A stretch of 64,000 bases of DNA, taken from Acidobacteriota bacterium. Its GTDB lineage: Bacteria; Acidobacteriota; UBA6911; RPQK01; JAJDTT01. The position numbers and the translations under genes were made by a program. The notes under the pieces were generated by a model. That model did not search any database. It was not told the origin of the DNA and saw only the letters and a list, made by a program, of their open reading frames with translations. The stretch's first letter is position 1. Each line of letters begins with the position of its first letter. The stretch spans positions 576,001 through 640,000 of the forward strand of contig OZ242374.1 in assembly GCA_965209055.1 (NCBI GenBank), given 5' to 3'. Shown here in pieces: positions 31,511-41,105 of this stretch.

Positions 31511-32731
31511 ATGACTCAAGAGTGGAAAACGGACAACTGGTTTGCCAGTCCCTGGAATTTCTCGCAGGAAGCCCGTCAGGACCTCAACTTTCCCGATCAG
31601 ATCCGAATTCACGACGTGACCCTCCGCGACGGCGAGCAGCAGACGGGAATCGTGTTCCGGCGGGACGAGAAGGTGGCCATCGCCAAGAAGCTGGCGGCAG
31701 CCGGCGTCCATCGAATCGAGGCCGGCATGCCGGCCGTCTCCGACGAAGACGAGGCGGCCATCAAGGACATCGTCGCCCTGGGCCTGGATTCGGAGATCTT
31801 CTCTTTTGCCCGCTGCATGCCTGCGGACGTCAAGCAGGCCAAGGACTGCGGTGTCCACGGGATCATCACCGAAATCCCCTCCAGCGATCACATCATCGCC
31901 AACGCCTACGGCAAGGACATGGACTGGGCCGTCAAGGCCTCCATCGACACCACCCTGGCCGCCAAGGAGGCAGGACTCTACACCGTCTTCTTCACCATCG
32001 ACAGCACCCGTTCGGACCTGGACCGTTACATGGACCTGATCGAGCGGGTCTCCACCGAAGGGCACATGGACGCCCTGACCCTGGCCGACTCCTTCGGCGC
32101 CTGCTCTCCGGAGGGGATCGCCATGGTGCTCAAGAAGCTCAAGGCCCGTTTCAATCAGCCCATCGAGATCCATTGCCATGAGGATTTCGGCCTCGGCGTC
32201 GCCAACACCATCGCCGCCCTCTCCAACGGAGCTTCGGTGGCCCACGTCACCGTGTCGGCCCTTGGGGAAAGGGCCGGAAACGTGCCCCTGGAGGACACGG
32301 TCATGGCCCTGAAGGTGCTCTACGGTGTCGATGTCGGCGTGAGAACGGAGGGATTCTACGAACTCTCCAAGCTGGTGCAGAGACTGTCCAACGTCCAACT
32401 GCCGCCCAACCGGCCCATCGTCGGCGATTCCCTGTACAAGATCGAATCGGGCATCGTGGCCATGTTCCACCGGCGCTGCAAGAACGTGGAGCCCTTGGAG
32501 TACATTCCTTTTCTTCCCCAGGTGGTCGGCCGTCCCGGCGTCGAGATCGCCCTGGGCAAGGGCGCCGGCCTGGCCAACGTGGAAGAGGTCCTGGAAGCCC
32601 GGGGCTTGAGCGCCGACGCCGAACAGACCAAGGAGATCGTGGATCGCGTCAAGCAGGTCTCGATCCGGAACAAGGCGCTGCTGACGGACGAGGAGTTCGA
32701 TTCCATCGCCGGCGAGGTGCTGGGATCCTGA
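31511..32731 (+). CDS. DRE-TIM metallolyase (homocitrate/isopropylmalate synthase-like, no regulatory domain)
   Basis: DVTLRDGEQ, HCHEDFG, GERAGN, ESGI. Confidence 0.9.
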   Translation: MTQEWKTDNWFASPWNFSQEARQDLNFPDQIRIHDVTLRDGEQQTGIVFRRDEKVAIAKKLAAAGVHRIEAGMPAVSDEDEAAIKDIVALGLDSEIFSFARCMPADVKQAKDCGVHGIITEIPSSDHIIANAYGKDMDWAVKASIDTTLAAKEAGLYTVFFTIDSTRSDLDRYMDLIERVSTEGHMDALTLADSFGACSPEGIAMVLKKLKARFNQPIEIHCHEDFGLGVANTIAALSNGASVAHVTVSALGERAGNVPLEDTVMALKVLYGVDVGVRTEGFYELSKLVQRLSNVQLPPNRPIVGDSLYKIESGIVAMFHRRCKNVEPLEYIPFLPQVVGRPGVEIALGKGAGLANVEEVLEARGLSADAEQTKEIVDRVKQVSIRNKALLTDEEFDSIAGEVLGS

Positions 32732-32784
32732 AGCGCCGCCGGAATTCCACCCGGGTCCGGAGTCAAACGGAGGAGCAGTGAAAG

Positions 32785-33696
32785 ATGTTTCGTAACCTGG
32801 ATGCTCTGGTCGAGGCCGCCATCGCACTGGGTCCGGCGCGGATCGCCGTGGCCGCGGGCCACGACCCGGACGTCATCGAGTCGCTCCAGTTGGCTCGCGA
32901 GATGGGCCTGGCCGAGGCAGTGCTGGTGGGCGATCGGAAAAAGATCGAGCCCGCGGCGTCGGCCGCCGGACTCCGCCTCGGCTCCGGACAATTGATCCAC
33001 CAACCGGATGAGAGCGCGGCGGCCCTCCAGGCCATTGGGCTGGTTCGGGAGGGTGCCGCAGATCTCCTGATGAAGGGGAAGATCAACACCTCCGTGCTGA
33101 TTCGCGCGGTCCTGAGTCGGGAGAAGGGCCTCCGGACCGGCCGCCAGTTGAGCCAGGTCATCGTCTTTCAGGTGCCCGGGATCGACCGTCTCATGATCAT
33201 GACCGACGCCGCCATCAACCTGGCCCCCGAACTGGCCCAAAAAGCGGAGATCTGCCGCAACGCCATTCACGTGGCCCACGCCCTGGGCATCGAGGAGCCC
33301 AACGTTGCGCTCCTCTGCGCTCTGGAGTTCGTCAACCCCGCCATGCCGGCCACGGTGGACGCGGCGGCTCTGACCATGATGAACCGGAGAGGCCAGTTGA
33401 CGGGCGCCTACCTGGAGGGTCCCATCGCCCTGGACGTCCCCATGAGCCGGTTTGCGGCCGACCGCAAGGGGATCGAGACTCCTCTGGTCGAGAACACGGA
33501 CATCTTCATCGCTCCCGACATCGAAGCCGCGAACATTCTCTACCGGGCCATTCTCTACATGGCCGGCGGGGAATCGGGTGGAATCGTGGTCGGGGCCAAG
33601 GTCCCCTTGATACTTCTCTCCCGGGCCGAAACTCCGGAAACCAAGATACGTTCCATCGCCATCGGTCGGCTGGTCGCCCAATACGCCGCCGGCTGA
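32785..33696 (+). CDS. Phosphate acyltransferase (Ptb/Pta family)
   Basis: LMKG, TDAAIN, EGPIALD, PDIEAAN, LLSRA. Confidence 0.92.
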   Translation: MFRNLDALVEAAIALGPARIAVAAGHDPDVIESLQLAREMGLAEAVLVGDRKKIEPAASAAGLRLGSGQLIHQPDESAAALQAIGLVREGAADLLMKGKINTSVLIRAVLSREKGLRTGRQLSQVIVFQVPGIDRLMIMTDAAINLAPELAQKAEICRNAIHVAHALGIEEPNVALLCALEFVNPAMPATVDAAALTMMNRRGQLTGAYLEGPIALDVPMSRFAADRKGIETPLVENTDIFIAPDIEAANILYRAILYMAGGESGGIVVGAKVPLILLSRAETPETKIRSIAIGRLVAQYAAG

Positions 33697-33715
33697 CCGG
33701 GATCGGACTCCCGCC

Positions 33716-34927
33716 ATGCAGGTTCTGGTCGTCAACGTCGGGTCCACATCCCTCAAATTCCGCCTCTTCCGAATGGAGGATGAAGAGATCCTGGCCGCCG
33801 GGAGGATGGAGCGGGTGGGCAGCCGGTCCTCTCCCTTCAACTATCGGCGCGGCCGGGAACCGGAGCTGAAGGGGAAACTGAAGTGTCCCGACCAGCGAGC
33901 GGCCGTCGACCACGCTCTCAAGCTGTTGACCGACCCGGAAACCGGGGTCCTGAACAGCTTGGAAGAACTGGACGCCGTGGGATTCAAACCGGTCCATGCC
34001 AAGGGGATCGCCGATTCGGTCTTCATCACGGATCAGATCATCGCCGCCATGGAGGAGTACACGCCTCTGGCGCCGGCTCACAATCCGCCGTACATCCAGG
34101 CGTTTCGGATATTCCAGGAAATACTGCCTGAGAAACCGCTTGTGGGTGTCTTCGAGCCCGCGTTCCACAAGACCATCCCCGAGCCCGCCCGAACCTACGG
34201 CATTCCTTACGAATGGTCCCGGAGGCACGCCATTCGCCGCTACGGCTTCCACGGAGCGTCCCATCGCTATGTCTCCCTGCGGGCGCCGGAACTACTGGGA
34301 AATCCGGATCGCGAGCTGCGCATCGTCTCCTGTCACCTCGGGGGCAGCTCCAGCGTCTGCGCCCTCAAAGGGGGCGACTCGGTGGAGACCAGCATGGGCT
34401 TCTCTCCCCAGTCCGGTCTGCCCAACGCCACCAGAAACGGCGATCTTGACCCGTTCGTGCTTCTCTATCTCCTGGACAAGGAGAACCTCACCCCGGCCCA
34501 ACTGCGGGACCGGCTGGTGAAGGACGGCGGCCTCAAGGGAATCTCCGGGGTGAGTGGCGATGTGCGGGACCTGGAGGAAGCGGCAGGACAGGGACACTCG
34601 AGAGCCGCGCTGGCCCTGGATGTGATGGTGCACGAGACCCGCAAGTACATCGGCGCCTACGCGGCGGTGCTGGGGGGACTCGACGCCCTCGTGTTCACCG
34701 GCGGCATCGGAGAAAACGGCATCGCCATCCGCCGCAAGATCTGTCGCGGGTTGGAGTTCCTGGGAATCCGCCTGGACCCTGGCGCCAACGACTCCCGGGG
34801 CCGCGAGGGATGCATCTCCGCACCCGGATCCCCGGCCCAGGTTCTGGTGATCCTGGCCAACGAGGAACTGGTCATCGCCCGCGAGACCGGGAAGCTGGTG
34901 AGGACCGGGATCGGCGGCGGCGCGTAG
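33716..34927 (+). CDS. ackA: Acetate/propionate kinase
   Basis: NVGSTSLK, APAHN, RYGFHGASH, CHLG, FTGGIGEN, NEEL. Confidence 0.93.
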   Translation: MQVLVVNVGSTSLKFRLFRMEDEEILAAGRMERVGSRSSPFNYRRGREPELKGKLKCPDQRAAVDHALKLLTDPETGVLNSLEELDAVGFKPVHAKGIADSVFITDQIIAAMEEYTPLAPAHNPPYIQAFRIFQEILPEKPLVGVFEPAFHKTIPEPARTYGIPYEWSRRHAIRRYGFHGASHRYVSLRAPELLGNPDRELRIVSCHLGGSSSVCALKGGDSVETSMGFSPQSGLPNATRNGDLDPFVLLYLLDKENLTPAQLRDRLVKDGGLKGISGVSGDVRDLEEAAGQGHSRAALALDVMVHETRKYIGAYAAVLGGLDALVFTGGIGENGIAIRRKICRGLEFLGIRLDPGANDSRGREGCISAPGSPAQVLVILANEELVIARETGKLVRTGIGGGA

Positions 34928-34969
34928 ACCGCGCACCGGTCTTCGTCGCCACGCTGTTACACCGGAGTC

Positions 34970-35080
34970 CGGCGGTTAGGAAACCGCCGCTCCACAAGAG
35001 GAGGGGAGGCGACTTCCATTCGCCCGGTCTTCCGTGGGCCTTTCCTGCGCGGGTGTCCGGCGGTTGGGAAGCCGCCGCTA
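34970..35080. repeat. Cluster of three REP-like palindromes between convergent genes
   Basis: CGGCGGTTAGGAAACCGCCGCTCC (34970-34993), GGAGGCGACTTCCATTCGCC (35005-35024), CGGCGGTTGGGAAGCCGCCGCTA (35058-35080). Confidence 0.7.
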
Positions 35081-35128
35081 ATCTCGCCGGGCATGGGCCG
35101 CCGGGGAAGCTTTTCTCGTTTCTCGTTC

Positions 35129-36874
35129 CTACGGCGAAACCAGGATCTTCTGACCCGGAAAGATCCGCTGCCTCGGACTCAGATTGTTCCAGCGGAGCAG
35201 GTCCTTGAGTTTCACGCCATAAGCGCGGGCGATGGCGTAGAGCGTGTCTCCGCGGCTGACGACGTGCGGCCCCGACGAATCGGAACGGCGGACCGCCGAA
35301 CCCCCTCTCCGAGCCGCGCCGGTCCTGGTGGAAGGGAACAGTGGAATGGCCAGCTCCTGTCCGATCCGGAGCCGGTGGATGTTGCGGAGCCGATTGGCCT
35401 GAGCGATGGCCTGAATCGACGTGGAGTAACGGCGGGCGATCAGCGACAGTGTCTCTCCCTTGCGGACCTGGTGGTGGCTGAGCCGGATCCTTTTCTCGGG
35501 TGGAAGCTGGGCCACCTTTTCCTGAACCATCGCTCCCATGCCGACCGGCACCTTCATCCGATAGCCAGGGAGCTTGTGGGGGGTCACTCGCCTCCTCAGC
35601 TCCGGATTGAGGTCGTCCAGCAGTTGGGCCGGGACCTCCATGAGTTCGGCCAGCGTATCCAGATCCACCTGGTGCTCCATGGGAACCATTTCGAATCTCA
35701 GCTCCGGGTCACGTTCGACGTGGAAGCCGTACCGGGCCGGATTCTTGAAAATGATGGTGGCCGCCAGGTAGGAGGGCACGTAATTCCTGGTCTCCCGGGG
35801 CAGAAGGCGCCGCCGGGCCATCTCCCAGTAGTCGATGCGCCCGTAGCGCCGCAGATTGCGCTCGATTCTCCGGGGACCGCAGTTGTATCCGGCCATGGCC
35901 AGATACCAGTCCCCGAACTCGCCGTAGAGGTGTTTCAGATACCGGGCGGCGGCAACGGTGGATTTCAGGATGTCGGAACGTTCGTCGATCCACCAGTCCT
36001 GCCTGAGGCCGTACAGGCGTCCGGTTCCCCGGATGAACTGCCAGATGCCTTTTGCCCGCGCCCTCGACAGCGCCTGGGGCCGGAAGAGGCTCTCGATGTG
36101 GGCCAGGTAGACCAGATCCAGGGGGACCCCCTCTTGGCGGAACACCGCCTTGAACATTTCCAGGTAACGGCCCGACCGCTGCAGCCCCCGCTCCATGAAG
36201 ACCCGTCCGCGCGTCCGGTAGTAGGTCAGGAATCGGAGCACCCGTTCATTGAGGACCACGGGGACGTCGAATTGCGACGTGAGCAGGTCCTCGCTGGCCA
36301 GATGCTTCAACTTCGGGTCCACCCGAATGGTGAAGACGTTGCGGTTGGCCAGCCATTCGATGGAACTGTCCTCATCGGGGACGCTGTCCAGGTCATCCAG
36401 CCGCAGATCCTCGATCCTGCCCAACAGGGAGAAATACGCCTGTTCCAATTGACCGTTCAGAAGGGGCGACGCGGCGGGCTCGCGCAGTTGATCCAGCGCT
36501 CTCTCGAAGTAGCCGCCGCCGTCCTGCTGTCCCTGGTTGAACAGCGACTCTCCCTCCCGGTAGAGCTCCCTGGAAGACTGGATCCGCTCCCTCACGCGAT
36601 TCTCGGCCAGCTTCCGTTGGATCTCCGGATCCGGCTCCGGCGCCTCGTCTGCGGTATGGGCGGCCGGGCGATCTGCGGCTACCGGTGAACTGCCGGTGGG
36701 ATCGGGAACGGTGACTCGACGCTGGGAACTACAGCCGGAAAGCAGGGCCACGGCGGCCAGGGCAGCAACGTTCCGGATCAAGTATCGTCGAAATGCGCGC
36801 CCCTGCCGGGGGGAAGGCTCAAAATTCCGCGCAGAAAACCATTCCCGGTCTGTTCCAGCTTCCGGCCGAGCCAT
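35129..36874 (-). CDS. Lytic murein transglycosylase with two LysM domains (MltD-like lipoprotein)
   Basis: LSGC lipobox, IES catalytic Glu, GIWQF, AGYNCG, ETRNYVP, two LysM repeats. Confidence 0.92.
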   Translation of the reverse strand: MARPEAGTDREWFSARNFEPSPRQGRAFRRYLIRNVAALAAVALLSGCSSQRRVTVPDPTGSSPVAADRPAAHTADEAPEPDPEIQRKLAENRVRERIQSSRELYREGESLFNQGQQDGGGYFERALDQLREPAASPLLNGQLEQAYFSLLGRIEDLRLDDLDSVPDEDSSIEWLANRNVFTIRVDPKLKHLASEDLLTSQFDVPVVLNERVLRFLTYYRTRGRVFMERGLQRSGRYLEMFKAVFRQEGVPLDLVYLAHIESLFRPQALSRARAKGIWQFIRGTGRLYGLRQDWWIDERSDILKSTVAAARYLKHLYGEFGDWYLAMAGYNCGPRRIERNLRRYGRIDYWEMARRRLLPRETRNYVPSYLAATIIFKNPARYGFHVERDPELRFEMVPMEHQVDLDTLAELMEVPAQLLDDLNPELRRRVTPHKLPGYRMKVPVGMGAMVQEKVAQLPPEKRIRLSHHQVRKGETLSLIARRYSTSIQAIAQANRLRNIHRLRIGQELAIPLFPSTRTGAARRGGSAVRRSDSSGPHVVSRGDTLYAIARAYGVKLKDLLRWNNLSPRQRIFPGQKILVSP

Positions 36875-36882
36875 TTCGATCT

Positions 36883-38544
36883 CTAGGTATCGCTCTGCTT
36901 AAGGGCGACGACGTTGTCGAAGAGAGATTTCGCCCGGGGAAGAAGCTCGATGGCCCTTCGCAGCATCTTGTCGATGCTCAATCGGACCCTCTGGCCTTCT
37001 TCCTCACTCAGGACCCGAGTCATGAGCTGCTGTTCCAGAAGGGTCTTGATCAGTTGCCGGTTGTCGTCGAAATCGGCGTGATTGTAGACGATCTTCTCGT
37101 CGTCGAGATATTGCCGGAAACGGTTGAGAATCTTGTCGGTCACCCGATGCTGCTGCCGAAGCCGGTCTTTCTCCGCTTCCGCAAGATCGTTCCAGCGTTC
37201 CAACTGCCTGGGGAAACGATATTTGGGATCGAGATCCCCCTGGGACAGCTTTTCCACGAACTGACGGAAAATGCCCTTGAGGCCCAGTTGACGCACGATC
37301 TTGGGATGCGCCGGCCGGGAAACCTCCTCATCCGGAGTGATGCCGCCTCCACCGTAGACGGGCCTCCCGCTGTCGGTCTTGTGCTCGGTCCGTTCCGACG
37401 AAGAACTATCGCGCCGGCCCGAAAAGTACTCGTAAAAGCTGTCCGAATAGCTGCGCTGGATGAGCCGGTCGCTCGGGGTGTAGTACTTGCCGGTGGTCAG
37501 GGCCAGGCCCCGGTTCTGCTCCAATGGATAGATGGTCTGGACCAGGGCCTTGCCGAAGCTGGTCTCGCCCACGATCAGGGCGCGGTCATGATCCTGCAGC
37601 GCGCCGGCCACGATTTCACTGGCGCTGGCGCTGTTGCGGTCGATGAGGACGACCATGGGATAGACATGATCGCGACCCTTGGGCGCCACGTATTCGTGGC
37701 CTCTTCCCTTTCGCATTCGAGTCCGGACCACCAGTTGTCCCTTGGAGAGAAACCGGTCGGCAACCTGGATCGCCTGGTTGAGGGCGCCGCCGGGATTGTC
37801 GCGCAGATCCAGGATCAAGGCCTGGAGCCTGGATTCGTCCAGCCGCTTCAGCGCTTCGTTCAGTTCCTCACCCGTGGTCTCGGAGAACTTCTTGATCTTC
37901 ACATAGCCGATCTCGTTCGGGAGGTAGAACGCGAACTCGATCGTGTACATGGGGATCTCGTCCCGTTCCACGGTCATTTCGATCGGTTCCGGGACTCCGG
38001 GACGCTCGATGGTGATCTGGACCGTGGTCCCCTTGGGACCCTTCAGGTTGGGGATGACCTCTTCCAGAAGGTCCCAGTCCTCGATCGATTCGCCTCGGAT
38101 TTTGGAGATCACGTCGCCGACCTGGATGCCCGCCTTGTAGGCCGGCGTGCCGACGGAGGGAGGTTTTTCCACCACCACGCGTCCGCTCCCCGGGGATTCC
38201 GCCTTGATGCTGATCCCCAGCCCGTAGTATTTGCCCTTCTGTTCTTCCTGGAGCTTGCTGTAGTCGGCCCGGGAGAAAAACGAACTGTGGGGATCGAGGG
38301 ATCGCAGAAGACCGCGAATGGAACTTTCGATCAGGCGGTCCCCATCCACCTCGCGGGCGTAGTCCGAGTGGATACGATCCAACGTGGCCGTGAAGGCCTT
38401 CAGCAGCCTGTGGGTATCTTCTTCGAGCGGTGCGCCGGCGCTGACCTTCTCTCCCAGCCAGCCACCGAGGAGGGTGACGACCAGGATCGCCAGGACCAGA
38501 AAAATACCCAGCCCCTTGTTCGACCGGTCTCCAGAGTAGTCCAA
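36883..38544 (-). CDS. ctpA: S41 carboxy-terminal processing protease
   Basis: LDPHS, PDZ domain, LDLRDNPGG, SASASEI, FGKALVQ; start approximate (TTG). Confidence 0.92.
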   Translation of the reverse strand: MDYSGDRSNKGLGIFLVLAILVVTLLGGWLGEKVSAGAPLEEDTHRLLKAFTATLDRIHSDYAREVDGDRLIESSIRGLLRSLDPHSSFFSRADYSKLQEEQKGKYYGLGISIKAESPGSGRVVVEKPPSVGTPAYKAGIQVGDVISKIRGESIEDWDLLEEVIPNLKGPKGTTVQITIERPGVPEPIEMTVERDEIPMYTIEFAFYLPNEIGYVKIKKFSETTGEELNEALKRLDESRLQALILDLRDNPGGALNQAIQVADRFLSKGQLVVRTRMRKGRGHEYVAPKGRDHVYPMVVLIDRNSASASEIVAGALQDHDRALIVGETSFGKALVQTIYPLEQNRGLALTTGKYYTPSDRLIQRSYSDSFYEYFSGRRDSSSSERTEHKTDSGRPVYGGGGITPDEEVSRPAHPKIVRQLGLKGIFRQFVEKLSQGDLDPKYRFPRQLERWNDLAEAEKDRLRQQHRVTDKILNRFRQYLDDEKIVYNHADFDDNRQLIKTLLEQQLMTRVLSEEEGQRVRLSIDKMLRRAIELLPRAKSLFDNVVALKQSDT

Positions 38545-38769
38545 GTTTCCGAGCCCTTTCCGTCCAGATCTTCCCAAGACCGCCGAATGGCGCTGGTTGC
38601 CGGGCAGTATAACATTTAGTGTCCGTGGCAAAAGTCGCCGCGGCCGCCGACCCGGTCCGCATCCCGGGACGGCTTCATGACGGCGGTCCCGGCGCCTGCG
38701 CGGGTCCTTGCCGGTTGACTTGATTTGACGCGGTGACTTACTATTTTCCTTCAGCGAGACGAGGCAACT

Positions 38770-38985
38770 ATGTGGAATCTGGGCTTTCAGGAAGTGGTGA
38801 TCATCTTCATCATCGCTCTTGTGATCTTTGGCCCTCGGAAGCTTCCCGATCTGGGGAAGTCTCTGGGCAAGAGCCTGGCCGAATTCAAGCGGGCTTCCAA
38901 CGAGTTGAAGCGGACCTGGGAAGACGAGGTTCGAGCCGAGAGCGAAGAGTTGAAGAAGATCCAGCGAGATATCGAATCGTCATGA
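38770..38985 (+). CDS. tatA: Twin-arginine translocase TatA/B subunit
   Basis: GFQEVVIIFIIALVIFGPRKLP. Confidence 0.9.
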   Translation: MWNLGFQEVVIIFIIALVIFGPRKLPDLGKSLGKSLAEFKRASNELKRTWEDEVRAESEELKKIQRDIESS

Positions 38986-39027
38986 TCGACTCCCGGTGGC
39001 TCCCGCTCAGCCAATCGACCGTCTTTC

Positions 39028-39942
39028 ATGAATGACTCCCCGGGTTCCTCTCCTCCCCAAGACCCAAGCGCGTCCGAGTCTCAAGCGGCCGAAGACGCCG
39101 GGCAGGAGATCGTCCCCGCTTCCGGTTCCTCCCCGCCTCCATCCGATCCTCCCACGCCGGTAGCCTCAGCAGAGGCCGAAGACGACCCGGATTCTCCCGA
39201 CGAGGACGAACTGGGCGCCAAGATGACCTTTCTGGAGCACCTGGACGAGCTTCGAAAGCGCATTCTCTGGAGCGCGATCGCCGTCGCGGTCGCTTTCATC
39301 GGCTGCTGGGTTTTCCGCGAGCCCATCTTCGAATTCCTGTCCGTACCCATCAAGAACGCCGGCATCGAGAAGTTGACCTATATCAAGCCGACGGAACCGT
39401 TCACGATCTACCTGAAGGTTTGCTTCGTCGCGGCCGTTTTCCTGGCCGCTCCGGCCATCCTCTCGCAGGTCTGGCTCTTCATCGCTCCGGGCCTGTACCA
39501 GCGGGAGAAGCGCTACATCATCCCCTTCCTGGTCTCGTCAACGGCGCTGGTCCTGCTGGGCGGCACTTTCGCCTACTACATCATCCTCCCCACGGCGCTG
39601 GATTTTCTGATCAACCAGTTCGGCGCAGCCTTCCAGCCCATGGTCACCGCCATCGAGTACTTCAATTTCGAGGTGATCATCATTCTGGGCATGGGCGCCA
39701 TTTTTCAGCTTCCGGTGATCGTGGCCTTCCTCTCCATGTTCGGACTCATCACTCCCGGCTTTCTCTGGAGGAACTTCCGCTACGCCTTCCTCCTCATGGT
39801 CATGGTCGCGGCCGTGGTGTCTCCCACCACGGACGCCATCAACCTGTTCCTCTGGAGCGGCCCCATGGTCCTGCTCTACCTGGTGAGCATCGTCATCTCG
39901 TGGGTGTTCAAACGGAGAGCGGAGAAGCGGGCGGGGCTCTGA
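39028..39942 (+). CDS. tatC: Twin-arginine translocase TatC
   Basis: MTFLEHLDELRKR, FIAPGLY, FQLP, SPTTD. Confidence 0.96.
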   Translation: MNDSPGSSPPQDPSASESQAAEDAGQEIVPASGSSPPPSDPPTPVASAEAEDDPDSPDEDELGAKMTFLEHLDELRKRILWSAIAVAVAFIGCWVFREPIFEFLSVPIKNAGIEKLTYIKPTEPFTIYLKVCFVAAVFLAAPAILSQVWLFIAPGLYQREKRYIIPFLVSSTALVLLGGTFAYYIILPTALDFLINQFGAAFQPMVTAIEYFNFEVIIILGMGAIFQLPVIVAFLSMFGLITPGFLWRNFRYAFLLMVMVAAVVSPTTDAINLFLWSGPMVLLYLVSIVISWVFKRRAEKRAGL

Positions 39943-40010
39943 GTTCGAGAGCGGCCGGGACGGGCGGCGGACGCCGCCGGCAGGCGTGATGAACGCGGCG
40001 TTGCAAAGAC

Positions 40011-41105
40011 CTAAAATTCGATCGTCGTCAGTCCCAGTTCCTCCACGTCGAAATCCTTCAGGTAACTGGGATCGACGTAGATGAAGCTCTCCTCCCGAAG
40101 GCTCTCCACGTACTTCTTGAGCTGGGGCGCGGCCTTCTTCGTGAAGAGCTGTTGTTCAATGTGGTTCCGTACCGTTTCCAGCTCCAACTGCCGGGCAGGT
40201 TTCCGTTTCAACAGCCTGAGGATCTGGAAACCGTAGTCGGCCTCGATCAGGCCGCTGTGTTCCCCCTCTTTCAACTTGGATACGGCGGCCTCCTGAACCG
40301 CCTGCATGGACCCCCGCTTGAAGGCCCCGATGGACCCTCCCCGATTGGCGGTGGGGCCCTCCGAGTGCTCTTTGGCCAAATCCTCGAACGAGCCGCCCGC
40401 CTTCAGCCGGTCCAGGACCCCCTGAGCCTGGGAACGGACCTGCTCCTTCTCCTTGCCCTCGGTGAGAAACAGGACCTCGGCCAACTCCACCTCCTCGGGC
40501 TCGGTGTACTGCTCGCGGTTCTGGTCGTAGTACTCGTGGATCTCCGGCGTCAGCAGCGTGACCCGGGAATAGACCATGATCCCCAACAGGCGTTCCTGGA
40601 TGGCTCTCTGCCTCAGCTTCTCCCGCATTTGAGCGAGGCTCATGCCTTGCCGGCGCATGGCCTGATCCATGGCTTCCAGGCTGGGAATGCCACTCTGCTT
40701 GCGCATATTTTCGAGCTGGGCCGAGACGTGATCGTCCACATTGGGGGCCACGCCCAGTTCCTCGGCCTTCTGCAGGAGCAGCCGCGTGTCGATCATTTCA
40801 CGCAGCACCGTCCGCTTTTGCGTCTGCCAGAACCGCATGGCCTTTTCCCGATCCTGTATCCGGCTCCGGACTTCGGACTGGATGACGTACAGCTCGTGGT
40901 CCAGGTCCCTGCGGGTGATGATCTGGTCGTTGACGCGGGCCACGATCTCGTCCAGGAGAACCGGCTCGGGAGGCGGCGCCTGTTGCTTGCGCTGCGGCGG
41001 CCGGGGCGGATCTCCCGACACTCCCTGGTCCTGACCGTGGAGGGGACCGAACAGCAGGACACCAGCGACCGTAATCACTCTAATTCGTTGCGGAAACATG
41101 ATCAT
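40011..41105 (-). CDS. SurA-like parvulin peptidyl-prolyl isomerase
   Basis: IVARVNDQII, FEDLAKEHS, GGSIG. Confidence 0.9.
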   Translation of the reverse strand: MIMFPQRIRVITVAGVLLFGPLHGQDQGVSGDPPRPPQRKQQAPPPEPVLLDEIVARVNDQIITRRDLDHELYVIQSEVRSRIQDREKAMRFWQTQKRTVLREMIDTRLLLQKAEELGVAPNVDDHVSAQLENMRKQSGIPSLEAMDQAMRRQGMSLAQMREKLRQRAIQERLLGIMVYSRVTLLTPEIHEYYDQNREQYTEPEEVELAEVLFLTEGKEKEQVRSQAQGVLDRLKAGGSFEDLAKEHSEGPTANRGGSIGAFKRGSMQAVQEAAVSKLKEGEHSGLIEADYGFQILRLLKRKPARQLELETVRNHIEQQLFTKKAAPQLKKYVESLREESFIYVDPSYLKDFDVEELGLTTIEF

